Positions 13,329 through 25,839 of a stretch of 64,000 nt of DNA are shown in pieces. Made by a program: the position numbers and the translations under genes. This stretch comes from Antedon mediterranea (taxonomy: Eukaryota > Animalia > Echinodermata): assembly GCF_964355755.1 (NCBI RefSeq), contig NC_092676.1, positions 14,650,871 through 14,714,870 on the forward strand. Direction: 5' to 3'. Position 1 is the stretch's first letter; each line of letters starts with the position of its first letter. The notes under the pieces are model-generated. The model worked only from the letters and a program-made list of their open reading frames with translations, made no database searches and was not told where the DNA came from.

Positions 13329-13720
13329 ATTGAGTTCTTTCAGAGAGTGGATTCGCCTTTCGTCAGCATGCAATCAACAACAACAATCAGCATCAAGCCG
13401 ACCACCCCCAAAAGAACATCAGAATCAGAATGAGCTCTCCACCAACAACAGCAGTAATGTTTTCCATGCGGTAGGGCGCCGCCTACGTCAGGATGTCTAT
13501 TACTTTTTGTGACGGTCACAATTATAATTTAAGCCTGGACGATCGCGACCAGAAGGGTTTTCATGATAATAAATGTTATAACATGTTAACATTTTAAGTG
13601 CTATTTAGATATTTAAATATTCGTTTTATGCAATTTATTTAGCAAAAAACTGCAGAATAGACAGTTCGCGTCAACTACCTGGTCGCGTTTTTGTGTCACG
13701 AAAGAATAGGCCTAGTTCAA
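13329..13720 (-). promoter_or_regulatory. Probable SEC63 5'UTR and promoter
   Basis: Locally GC- and CpG-enriched stretch directly upstream of the ATG (gcggtagggcgccgcctacgtca, gatcgcga, ggtcgcg). Function is inferred. Confidence 0.5.
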
Positions 13721-13879
13721 TAATATTTCAATATTGAAATTGTTTCTGGAAGAAAAAATAAATTCTTATTGAATTTAACATTTATCATATTAATTACATG
13801 TATCTTATAGTAATTGATGTAAATTATTTACATCATACAAACATTATTTTATTCACCGGTCGTAGATCAAGACAAAATA

Positions 13880-14830
13880 CTAATATCTTAAATGCCTCCC
13901 TCAGTGAGGGTCATGTCCCAACTATGTGGAAGAATGCTATTGTTATTTCGGTTCCCAAAGAAAATGGTTGTACTATAGGGTTCACAAATTTCGACCAATC
14001 TCGCTTACATGTATCCTAGCTAAGGTAGCTGAGGGCTTCATTAAAAATTACTCTTAGCAGATATCGAGGAAAATATTGATAACAACCAATAGGCCCGTTG
14101 CCGTAAACACTTTTCAACAAGCCATAATTTGGTTGATCTACTATACTAATTGTGTTCTATGAAGGTAGTAACATTCCCAAATATGTTGGTCAGTTAGTTT
14201 TAACTGACTTTAGTAAAGCATTCGATTGTGTTGACCACACAATATAGCAGTTTCTAAATTTTCTTGGCTGTAGACCTGAAATTGTACCGTGGATATTAGC
14301 TTTTTGTCAAACAGAACCCAACAAGTACGCTATATAAATTCACATTATCAATGAGTGTTAATCTAACATGTGGCGTCCCTCAAGGCACGCTCCTTGGGCC
14401 TATGATCTAACTTAACCCAACTAAATGTAAAATTATGTATTTTAACTTTCAAAGAAATTAATATGAGCATATGATTGGTAATGATACAATTGAAATCGTT
14501 ACTGAAACTAAGTTACTAGGTCTATGAATACAAGTTAACCTAGTCAAATGGGATCGTAATAAATGTTAATGAAATTATATCCAACCAGCAGACGCCTGCA
14601 TATATTGTGTAGATTAAGAAAGTTCAATATTATATCTTATTTTATAATATGATCTTGTAGATGTATTTAAGATAAGACTAAGTGTTGAATATGCTGTCCC
14701 AGTATGGCATTCTAGTCTCACTAAGAAACAAAGTGATATGATAGAATCCAAAAAAGGGCTTGCAGAATAATACTGTGTAATGATTATGTTATGGCCAAGC
14801 ACTCAATGACCTTTCTCTAGACAATTCATG
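13880..14830 (+). mobile_element. Decayed CR1/L2-group LINE RT fragment
   Basis: Across frameshifts: WKNAIVISVPK, RPISLT, DFSKAFDCVDH, GVPQGTLLGP, EYAVPVWHSSLT. Same family as 56118-57210. Confidence 0.85.
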
Positions 14831-14973
14831 TTTTTATTTATTTTATTTTATGTTGTGAATGATGAAAGGTTAAATATCAACTTGGCTATTGCCTCGTTGA
14901 TATATAACCTTTCATCATTCACCTCATGCCATTATTTTGTACCATCACACTCATAAACATACATTATTTGTAT

Positions 14974-16390
14974 AATGGCCATTATGACACCTATTTACTA
15001 GAGTATAGAGTGTATCTTGATATAGGCATATTGAAGTCTCTTCACCTTTTGTTCATTGGCTCAATAAATGTATTGGTAACCAAATAGTCTGCACGTGTTC
15101 GTGGACAGTCATCTGTTTGCAAATTCACTGTAAAGTGTACAGATTGCCAGACCGATATCTATTATTATTTGGATGAAAGATGTTTTAATACGTGGCTGCA
15201 GATCAGGAGATTCAGCATGATCTGGGAAGGGAGCGCAACCAAAACATACAGGAGCATCGGCCAGCAGTTCATATCGACAACTGCAGAAGCAACAGGCTCT
15301 GACCCAATTTGTACATATTGCGGTAATAAAGGACATGGTGCGAACAACGATGCGCAGGCAGTTATGCCCTGCCTATGGTAAAACCTGCTCCAAATGTGGC
15401 ATTAAACATCATATTAAATCAGTGTGTCGATCTTCGTCAAGGAATGGTGATGCTGACAGTACGACCACAGCGTTGTGTGCAAACATTGCATGCAGATATG
15501 GTCGTTGCTCGGCCTCTTGCTCTTGACCATCACATGATGACTTGAATGACACTTGGATTCAAAAGAAAGCAGTACCGCAATCAATCACGTAAGCTTGTAC
15601 AAGCCTTGCCAGATGACTATCTGGGGTACTGGGGTATAACCTCTCACAAAGTACTAAAAAATTATAGCCTTGGTCATGGCTGATACTGGTTGTCACAGGT
15701 TGCTTGGCTGGTATTGATATTTTACGTCGGCTACAGATGAAAGTAACTCAAATGAAAGCTGCAAATAATGGCGGAATCACAATACTTGGCGCCGCCATCC
15801 TTCGATATAATGTGATAGATATTCATTCATATTTACTTGCCGCATCCGACATGGCAGAGCACTTTAGAAGATCGTGAAATGGCACTTCGGAATCGCCACA
15901 TGCATTCTGCCAAGTAGGCTACTGAACGCAATTCACACTCGCCGTCTTCCACCCTTAATTGTGAGTGATTTGGTACGTCGGATCCAAAACCAAACTGGTC
16001 CACATCCAACTAAATGGGACAAGACAGGAACACTCGTGGAAGTACGCCAATTCGACCAATATATGGCAAGGGTTGATGGTTCTGGTAGGATCACGTTGCG
16101 TAACAGACATTTCCTTCGAAAGTAGGCCTACATACCTGTATATTAACTGGAACTCAAACGTAACATATCTGAAGACCTTCGTGTCCTCCTTGATGACCTA
16201 AAGAATGGGGGGAGGTAGAGAATAACATATTCATATTCATTAATGGCCATATTATGACACCTATTTACTAGAGTATAGAGTGTATCTTGATCTATTGAAT
16301 TTAGAGTCTCTTCACCTTTTTTTCATTGGCTACAATACGGGCTACAATAGTAGGCCTTTGCTCAATAAATGTTGGTAACCAAATAGTCTG
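14974..16390 (+). mobile_element. Internally deleted Gypsy LTR retrotransposon
   Basis: Direct repeats at about 14974-15090 and 16243-16390. Gag zinc knuckles (CTYCGNKGH, CPAYGKTCSKCGIKHH), protease ADTGC, integrase C-terminus (WDKTGTLVEVRQFDQY...RNRHFLRK), and a polypurine tract aagaatggggggagg at 16201-16215. Confidence 0.85.
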
Positions 16391-16864
16391 ATAAATGACA
16401 TTTATTTAATTTTGATATTAAATATTTTTGAACACACGGCCGGCCTTCGGTTTATTACACCTCTCTGGTTTTACTATACAGTACTATCTTTGTTTAATTT
16501 AGATCGTTCGTTTGTGAAAGTACGTTGTTTGTTTGTTGTGAAAGTAGCCTACGTTGTTGGTTTTACTTTTGTATTTTTGGCGGCGATTGCCTTCCATAGA
16601 CTAACTACTAAAACACGTCATCACTACCTTGCTAAAAATAAAACACCAAAAAATACCACATCATCACACCGAGTATAGTATAGGAGGCGTCCGTGTGCAA
16701 TACTTCCCGTGTCGTCGTCGTACACACTTCCTACCTTGACCTATCACCACCTAAATAAGGCTAGGCCGGCCTACTACTAACTATAATATTGAAGTTGGGA
16801 ATGGAAATAGGCTACTGTTAGGCCTAGTGCTTATAATTAATTTGAACTCAATAAAGTTTCCAAA

Positions 16865-17048
16865 ATGAAGTCTTCAATGGTTATTGTAGGCGGCCTAATA
16901 TGTTGTATTGCTTCAGTTTTGATTTTACTGCCAACGACGTCGGCAGTGCCAGCAACAACAGTTGACACAATGGCGGAGGGGCCGACTACAAATTCAAGTA
17001 GTAGTATGCCTACAGATTCCAACAATAGTACTACGGACATTAATGGCA
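16865..17048 (+). CDS. CD164: CD164/endolyn-like sialomucin, exon 1 (signal peptide and mucin region)
   Basis: MKSSMVIVGGLICCIASVLILLPTTSA signal peptide followed by an S/T-rich region with N-glycosylation sequons. gtaagt donor, phase 1. Confidence 0.8.
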
Positions 17049-17595
17049 GTAAGTTAACTATTCTGTAAAAATACTGTTTTCACTGTATGACACAAAATAG
17101 ACACAATTCATCACTGTAAACAATGTAAACATTTACTTCATGTCGCAGGATGGCATAATAATATAATAATTTTTTTGGGGGGTTATATTTTAACGACACG
17201 TCATATTTGTGCATTGTGGCGGATTAACCCCTTGTTATTGTCAGGATCTTTTTTTTTTTTGGTTTTCCACACTTGTCGGATAACCCCTTGTTATTTTCAG
17301 GATTTTTTTTCCTATATTTGTTTGCAGTGTATCTCTAATAATGCTCGTCAACATAAGAATAGATTGTATAACTTTGTCAGATGTGCAAGAAACTTTGTTT
17401 AAACGTTAGAATCGAGCAGTGTAAGTTAAGCGCGATTATTTTATGAAATTTTATGGTTGATCATAATTCTGAACAAAAATTAATTTTTCAATTAAACTTT
17501 ACAAAAGTGTATTTCATGTCATGTGTGCACTGATTCTGTAACTCGATTATCAATCAATCAATCTTTATTTTCCATCATAACAAACATAAAATACA

Positions 17596-19016
17596 AACTA
17601 GATTTAATTCGTCACTATGACGAATTATAGGTTATATGCATTGATTTAAATAAAGATAATTGATTGATTTAAGATATATTGATTGTTTGATTTTCTCAGA
17701 ATCGTTAGTTATTTATAATATATGATAGGATCTTGCTAACGCAAATACAATAGCCGGTATCATAATCCGATCAAAGATCTTTCTGCGTATATAATGTCAT
17801 AAACCACATTTGTGTTTTTATTTAGATTTCATTATAAATCATGTGTATAATCTATACACTAAGAAATACAATTGAACAACCAATACGGATAATAAAAAAA
17901 ATTATTTCGTTTGGTTTCCCAAGGTGAGACTCGACCTCTGTACTTGAATGCTATACACACGAGCAAAGACCACCGAGCCATACACAACTGACTAAAAGTT
18001 ATGGAAAGATTCCTCCGTGTATTTACTATGCAGTAACCACTTTGGTGCAGATAGATTATTACATACCGCAATGAATTATAATGTTTTACTATGATGACAT
18101 CTTTAAAAATTTAAAAAAATGATGCACTGTCAAACTATATACTTTTAACTTTAATATATGAACTTCTTAAGGAAGAAAGTTAATGTTAAGTTTGTTATTT
18201 TGGCCTAAGAAAATGTTATAATTTATTTGATTGTCGAAATTAATTTTGTTAAATTTAATATGCCATTAATGATGACTTAATCAACTTTTGTTCTTCTAAT
18301 TTCATAATAAATCATACATATGATACATACACTTCAAGAAAATAAAATAAAAAATACTTGTTCCCGAGCATTCTAACGATATATAGTAATTTTAAAATTT
18401 AGCATATTTTCACCATTTTGTTAACTTACACGTGCGTGGCCTGTCACTTTTGACGTGCTCGTATAACGCTGTTTCGCGTTGAAAAGTGAATAAAATATGA
18501 TATTATTAAAGAAAGGTTATACAACAGTAATCGGACAAAAACAGTGCGCATTAACGTTTGACGCGCACTCATGGCAATTTTTTAAACGCTTAAAATTGCC
18601 TGAAACGTACTCTAATTTCATCGAAAATAAATTCTGACAATTTTCAACATTTTAAGCGCGCGTACGCATGCGTTATATGCACTACGCACGTAATTGTATT
18701 GCCATATGATGAAATATGACCTGAAATTTATGAGTACCAAATTTTGTTTAAAAGTGATTCATGCTTGTGAAGATATGATTACAAACGTGATTTCGTTAAA
18801 TCGCGCGTAGACCGCGTAATGTTTGATTGCGCACCCTGAAAACATAACCACATCGATTCCTGGCCATAAGGAATATACTCTTAATTGACTTAGATAGATG
18901 AAACTGATATCAAGATAATTCACGGACAAAATAGTGCTAAGGAAAGAATAAATAAATAAATAAATAAAGATTTTGACAGAATCAAGAGGTTATATGCATG
19001 ATAATGCATAACCTAA
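17596..19016 (-). mobile_element. Helentron-associated (HINE/DINE-1-like) non-autonomous element
   Basis: Hairpin aattcgtca-cta-tgacgaatt followed by taggttatatgca at one end; aggttatatgca...tgcataaccta palindrome and (aata)n at the other; A/T-run flanks. Confidence 0.7.
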
Positions 19017-19197
19017 TTAAGATGGAGGACGTACAACTAAGGCAGAGCCTGAAAAAGCGTTGTACTACCTTTACAATAAAAACACTAACAATAACATACA
19101 CATACAAATATTGAAGGCCAATAAATATATATAAGAATACATATAAATTCACAATTTTCACATTCTAGGACATCTGCATAGTGTCATTCCACACAAA

Positions 19198-22100
19198 TAG
19201 TCCAGTCAATCTATGACAAAAAAGGGCGTAACCCAAAACAAATTGCAATAGTTTCCAAACCTTTTTTATTTGATTCTATAAGCATCTGGGAAGATCATTT
19301 CCAAAATCTACCAAAATCGGTTCAGTGGAACATACTTTTTAAGGGGTTTTAAGGTCATAGGGGTCAAATTACACATTTTTCTATTTTGAAAACTACTAGG
19401 CGTAGCATGTTAATTTTGGTGTCAAACTATTCAGAAGACCCATATTTATATGTACTCTAATGAAACCTTTTCACCAAAAATTGCAGGAAAGCATGTTTTT
19501 GACCTTTGACCTATTTTATTGTATATTTTCGTATATTCGTATCTTAGTAACCAGTGGGCGTAGATGAGCGTTATTTGCGTCAAACTACTCAGAAGTTCAA
19601 TGTTTATATTAGTTCTAATGGAAAAGATTCGTGTAAAATGACCGGAAGTCATTATTTTGACCTTTGACACATATTTATTATTTTAGATTTCTCAGTAAAT
19701 ACATTTTTTATATCTCAGTAACCACTAAGCACAACTTTGTCAATTTTGTGTCAAAAGATTCAGAAGACTCATATTTATATTCACTATAATGAAAAAGTTT
19801 TTAAAAAAATTGATAGAAACTATGTTTTTGACCTTTGACCTATTATACCAGTATATTTGTTTATATTTACTCTAATGAAAACAAATGCAAATGTACAAAA
19901 TAACCGAAAATCATTATTTTGACCGTTAACATTTTCTAATCGTGTCATCAATAAATCTTGAGTCTTGAGTATAACATTTTAAATTTGACCAAATAATAAG
20001 TGCGGCGATCTGACAGACGTTGGGCTGGAATATCAACTGATCTTGCCATAGAACAGTGTCTTATGCGTAGCATAAAAACAAGAGGAGGTCCAACAAGAGG
20101 GCGAGGATTAACAGAAATTCAACGACTTGTCTGGGTCATTTCAACTCCAGTCTGCGCCAAGATCAATCATTCAATGCAAGAGTTCACTAACGTTTCGTAT
20201 ACTACCAGTGAACAACATAAAGAAACAACATATGCAAGAAAGATGAAGGACCTCAGTGATGTACAAGACATATCAAGGTATCTGACACAGCGAAATCCAT
20301 TCAATACAGACAGTACAAAATTACTGACAAACATTGCAACTGGAGTGACGGCACATACCAATGTAGACTGTGACAATGCCAAGCATGTATTTCAACAAAT
20401 TGTGCAATCAATGACAAACCAAAAGGTCGCCGACTACACATTTCTGAAAAAGAGCCAATCCATTACAATGAACTCTAAAAGCGCATTGAAGATAAAAGAT
20501 GATGTGGCCAATGTAGATCCTTTACTTCTATTTCAACGACTTGTAACTGCCGGCACAAGATGCGATAATGTATCAGATATATTTAAATTGTTTGAATCAC
20601 CAGATATGATGAGGTCTGCAAATAAAGCTAGTTTAGCTGATAGTTTGTGGTCAACAGCAATCGAAGTTGCTCCAGAACCTCCTGATCAAATTCAGTACGT
20701 CTTAGATGGAGGAGCACTACTTCATAAAATTCCATGGACAAGAGGGGCTTCATGGGGTGACAAATATGTTTCTCACAAATATGGAAAACCCATTGTTGGT
20801 TTTGATGGGTACGATAACTCACTAAGTACAAAAGACTGTACACATACAAGGAGAAGTGGTAGTGGTGGTGTAGCTGTACACTTTGACCAATCTATGACCT
20901 TACAAACCAAAAAAGAAGAATTTCTGTCACGTTCAAAACAAACAAAGATTCATTAAGATTTTGGGAAATAGTCTTGAAAAAGAAGGTTGTACTGTTCACC
21001 ACGCAAAAGCTGACGCTGACTATCTTGTGTCGAAGATGGCTCTGTAATGTGCAGAACAAATAGGCACGGTTGTCATCGCAGATGATACAGATATCCTGGT
21101 CCTCCTTATCCACCATGGTGGTCACACCAAACATAATGTATGGTTCAAGCCAAACCAAAGGAACGAAACTAAAAATGTGCAACGATGTTGGAACATTGCG
21201 GCAACAAGACTTGACCTTGGCAGCGATGTTTGTAAATATATCCTATTTTGTCACGCGTTCCTTGGATGTGACACGACATCGCGATTTTTTGGTATTGGGA
21301 AAATCAGACAGGAGGTAATTGCAGCGGGTAATAACGCCATTTTGTCTTTGTATGGTAGCAGCGATAATGAAAACCTAGATGAATTGAGGTTTCGTAAATT
21401 TCATGAAAAGACTACATGCAGTACTAAAGCAGTTCATCCACGTTCTTTAGCCCCAACGGCATCAGCGGCAAAGTATCATAGTCTAAGGGTGTACCAACAA
21501 GTTCAAGTTTGGCTTTGAAATGAAGAAAATGTACCTCCAGATAAAATTATGGATGGAAGATCAGCCAAGGCAGGATGATACCATATTTGACGGACAACCC
21601 CCCAGCACCACAATCGCTCCTACAAATCATAAGATGCAAATGCAAAACAGGCTGCTATAATATGAAATGCAGCTGTAGGAACAATGGATTAGATTGCTCC
21701 ATGGCATGCATGTGTCGAGGTGTATGCGCAAACATTTCCCTAGATGATAATGAAGATACCGATTCTGAAGATTCAACAATGGGTTTGTAAAATCAGACGA
21801 TTGGTAAATATTCTCAACCAGGCCTATTTGGATATTTTTCAGTTTTGTGTGTTTTTAGAGTAAATATAAACAGAATAATGAATAGTTAAATGTTTTCTTG
21901 GGTGCTGATCTATGAAGAAATATAGCACCAATATATTGCCCCAATTACTAAACGTTTTCTGGATAGATATCAAAGGTCAAAATGATTACTTTCGCATTGA
22001 CTATATACACAGACATTTTTTATTAGAGTGGATATCCTTCTGAGTTGTTTGACACAAAAAATGCTCATCTAAACCCATAGTTCACAAAGATACAAATATA

Positions 22101-23347
22101 TAAATATAATAGTTGAAAGCTTTCGGTCATTTTCTGTAAAACTAGTTTCATTAGAGTAAATAAATAAGGTTCTTCTGAATTGTTTAACACAAAAGTTACG
22201 CTTATTGGTCACCGAGATACAAAAAATATATTTAGTGAGATATGAAATAAAGAATATATGTTAACGGTCAAAGCGATGAATTCCGGTCATAACACACTTT
22301 TTCATTAGAGTGAATATAAACATAGACCTTTTGAATATTTTGACACAAAAAATGCTCATCTACTCCCATTGGTTACAAAGATATGAATATACCAATATAA
22401 TAGGTCAAAGGTCAAAAGAGTAGTTTCCGGTCATTTTTTTGTAAAAAGTTTTATTAGAGTGAATATAAATAAGGGTCTTCTGAATTGATTAACACAAAAA
22501 TTACGAAGTTACGCCTATTGGTCACCGAGATACAAAAAATTTAATTAGTGAAATAATATAAAATAATGAATATATGTCAAAGGTCAAAATGATGTCGTCT
22601 GGTCATAATACAAAACGTTTTCATTAGAGTGAATATAAACATAGACCTTTTGAATATTTTGACACAAAAAATGCTCATCTACGCCCATTGGTTACAAAGA
22701 TATGAATATACCAATATAATAGGTCAAAGGTCAAAAGAGTAGTTTCCGGTCATTTTTTTGTAAAAAGTTGTATTAGAGTGAATATAAATAAGGGTCTTCT
22801 GAATTGATTAACACAAAAATTACGAAGTTACGCCTATTGGTCACCGAGATACAAAAAATTTAATTAGTGAAATAATATAAAATAATGAATATATGTCAAA
22901 GGTCAAAATAATGTCGTCTGGTCATAATACACAAAACGTTTTCATTAGAGTGAATGTAAACATAGACCTTCTGGGTATTTTGACACCAAAAACGCTTGTT
23001 TACGCCCAGTGGTTACCGAGATATGAATATGCCAAAATAATAGGTCAAAGGTCAAAAACATGGATTCCGGTCATTTGTGATAAAAAACTTTCATTAGAGT
23101 GAATATAAATATGGGTCTTCTGAATTGTTTGACACCAAAATTACCAAGTTCGGCCAAGCGGTTACTGAGATATACAAATATATAATTTGAACCTTATGAC
23201 CTCTTGACCCCTTAAAAAAGTATGTTCCACTGAACCGATTTTGGTAGATTTTGGAAATGTTTCTTCCAGGAACATATAGAATCAAATAAAAAAGGTTCGG
23301 AAACTATTGCAATTTGTTTTGGGTCTATCGGTAGATTGACTGGACTA
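19198..23347 (+). mobile_element. Academ-type (XPG-containing) DNA transposon, internally deleted
   Basis: TIR tagtccagtcaatcta...tagattgactggacta extending into several hundred bp of imperfect inverted repeat. 3-bp flanks aaa/aaa. Internal subterminal repeats and a decayed ORF with XPG/PIN motifs and a Cys-rich end. Confidence 0.85.
20000..21790 (+). pseudogene. Frameshifted Academ-type protein: transposase C-terminus, XPG/PIN nuclease, Cys-rich zinc finger
   Basis: DLAIEQCLMRSIK; VLDGGALLH; FDGY; HAKADAD; DDTDIL; HAFLGCDTTSRFFGIGK; CKCKTGC...CSCRNNGLDCSMAC. Several frameshifts and stops. Confidence 0.85.
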
Positions 23348-24278
23348 AAAAGACAGTTGACATTATACAAATGGTAACAACAGATTACTATAAAATTCAA
23401 CTATTTCGACTTTGCAAGGTGTGACGTGACCATAGGCCCAGTTTACGATCAAACATTTTGTTTAAAAAAATAAAATCTTCCAGCATTTTGTATGGACCGC
23501 TACTAGCTATGCTGTAATTTTTATGTCATTAGTGATTGTCCTTCATAAAAGGAGTTATGAGGCCTAATTCTAAAAGGTGGCCAGGTCTAAAAACGAGTAA
23601 GGGCGATGTAGTAATGGAATGGTGACTGCAAAACTAATCAAACATATTGCGGACAACTTTACTGAAATCTGATTGGTCTATAACTGACTTGCCTCTGAAT
23701 CTGATGATGTTTTTTGTCAACCTCCCATGTATTAAAGTTGAAGGCCTTTTTGTTCTACTGTATGTACAGTACCATTGCTTCAATCGATAATAGCATTTTT
23801 GTTGTTTTAACCATATTTAATGAGGGTGATCCATCCAGCTATTGCTGATCATTAGGGACCTTCAGAGGTTCACAAGACAAACATATACACAAGATGCTCT
23901 ACATAAACAAAGTCTTATTACAAGTCTTTGGGAGTGGAGTAATTTGGTCCTTAGAAAAAATCCTGACATGTGACGGGACTTGAACCCAGGACCCTTGGAG
24001 TGGTAGCCAAGCATCAACAACAACAACAACAACAACAACAACTCCACTCCATTATTTTCGCCTATAGTATAAATTAATAAGTTCAACTGACTGTTCGATT
24101 TTTAGAATGTGATGAGGTCCGGACTAAAAAAAATCAGGATGTGTTATTAAAGAAAGAACAGAAAAGAATTTTAGACTTTCGTTTTGCGCAAGATTCGATT
24201 TTGGGAGATTGATGTTTTAATTTAACAAATTGTTTGATTGTTACAATTGGAACCTTATGATGATCTTTTTTTTTTCAG

Positions 24279-24329
24279 ATACCACAATTGTTATGACAAC
24301 AGAGGTGGGAGATACCTCAACTGTAACAC
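24279..24329 (+). CDS. CD164: CD164-like exon 2 (51 nt, mucin)
   Basis: Polypyrimidine tract plus cag acceptor, gtatgt donor, phase 1-1. Encodes (N)TTIVMTTEVGDTSTVT. Confidence 0.75.
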
Positions 24330-24785
24330 GTATGTAACTTCAAAATTGTTTTACTTTGTAACAGTTCTCACAAGGAGTTGATAATTAGTTTAGTTTTTTA
24401 GTTTGAGTTTTTAATTAGATACAGTATATCTCTTTAAAAATGTACTATCATCGCAGTACGAGTATTGCACTCAAATCATCGCGGCTGAAGTACAAAATAG
24501 TTGCCACTGTTGGATTTCTAAGGTAATGGCCTTAGATAAAATATTTTCCGTACATTGCGTACTATTGCACACCATGTGCCCCACAATCGTCCAATCAAAT
24601 GACAGGAATTTATTTATGTGTTACATAATAATATTCATTATTAAAGTAATAGATACCTTTTTTTACCCAATCTCCAAATTCCTTGAAAAAAAAAATTCTG
24701 TTCATTACATCAAGAGATATAAATAGACTTTTATGTGAAGTTGTGCATCTGACTTTTTATGGTTTTAGGTTTGTGCAATGCTTAA

Positions 24786-25116
24786 AGACGTATTGTCCCC
24801 CTGAAAAAATAATTCTTACAAATTTTTTTTGAAATATTTTATTTTAATGTACCATAATAGTTATCCACCTTGACCAAAAATTAGATCGGAAAAAAAATGT
24901 ATTGGCCTGAAGAAAATGTAATTTAAAGCAAAAAATGGTCAAATTGGCTGCCTGTTGAATTTAACCATTTATTTTGTCATTTTGTAAGTGAAAACATTTT
25001 TTTCTTCATTTTTTTTTCTATGGAAGTGATTAACTTTATTAAAACTACAAAATAACACATTCAAAGTCTGATTTAATTAATCTTCATTTTTCATGTTTCT
25101 GGGGGACAATACATCT
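24786..25116. mobile_element. Kolobok-like MITE
   Basis: TTAA flanks. TIR agacgtattgtccccc...gggggacaatacatct starts with purines. Confidence 0.8.
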
Positions 25117-25329
25117 TTAACTTAAATAATTCAAGATTGAATTTTGTTTGCAATGAGATTTGACAATGTATACTTCCTGTATCATAAAAATGGCATGCTA
25201 TTAATAAGTTAATAGTGACAAATTAAAAATGTGAAAAATTTTACTCAGGTTTCAGGCAATTTCAAAATTAGACAAATTGTTTGTGTCTTGTTTGACCCAC
25301 AAACAATAATTATATAGCATATTTCGAGA

Positions 25330-25590
25330 CAAGAATTTTTCCTAGTAGAATGAAGATGGCCAGAGTTGTTCCAATTTTTAAATCAGGTGATAAAAAGACA
25401 TCAGTAATTATAGACCAATCTCCATACTGCCTACCACTTCCAAAATATTGGAAAAAATTGTATAATTACAGTATATCACAAAATGTGACATCTTTAATAA
25501 TGCGCAATTAGGCTTTCAGAAAAAATAGTTCCACTTTTATGGCTGTTATAGTAGAATGAATAATCAAAGCGCTTGGTGAGCAAAAAACCA
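25330..25590 (+). mobile_element. Decayed CR1/L2-group LINE RT fragment
   Basis: KMARVVPIFKSGDK, NYRPISILPTTSKILEKI, QLGF. Confidence 0.75.
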
Positions 25591-25626
25591 CAATAGTTTT
25601 TATTATGTGTCATTTCTCTTTTTTAA

Positions 25627-25839
<213 letters not shown>

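Noticed and set aside
20000-21790. Novel host nuclease or tesmin-like gene, or a defence system
   Set aside because: It is frameshifted and enclosed by TIRs, and the domain order fits the known Academ superfamily.
23940-24010. tRNA-like B-box sequences (also near 7035-7060, 9860-9915, 62685-62740)
   Set aside because: No complete cloverleaf can be folded; these are most likely decayed SINE heads.
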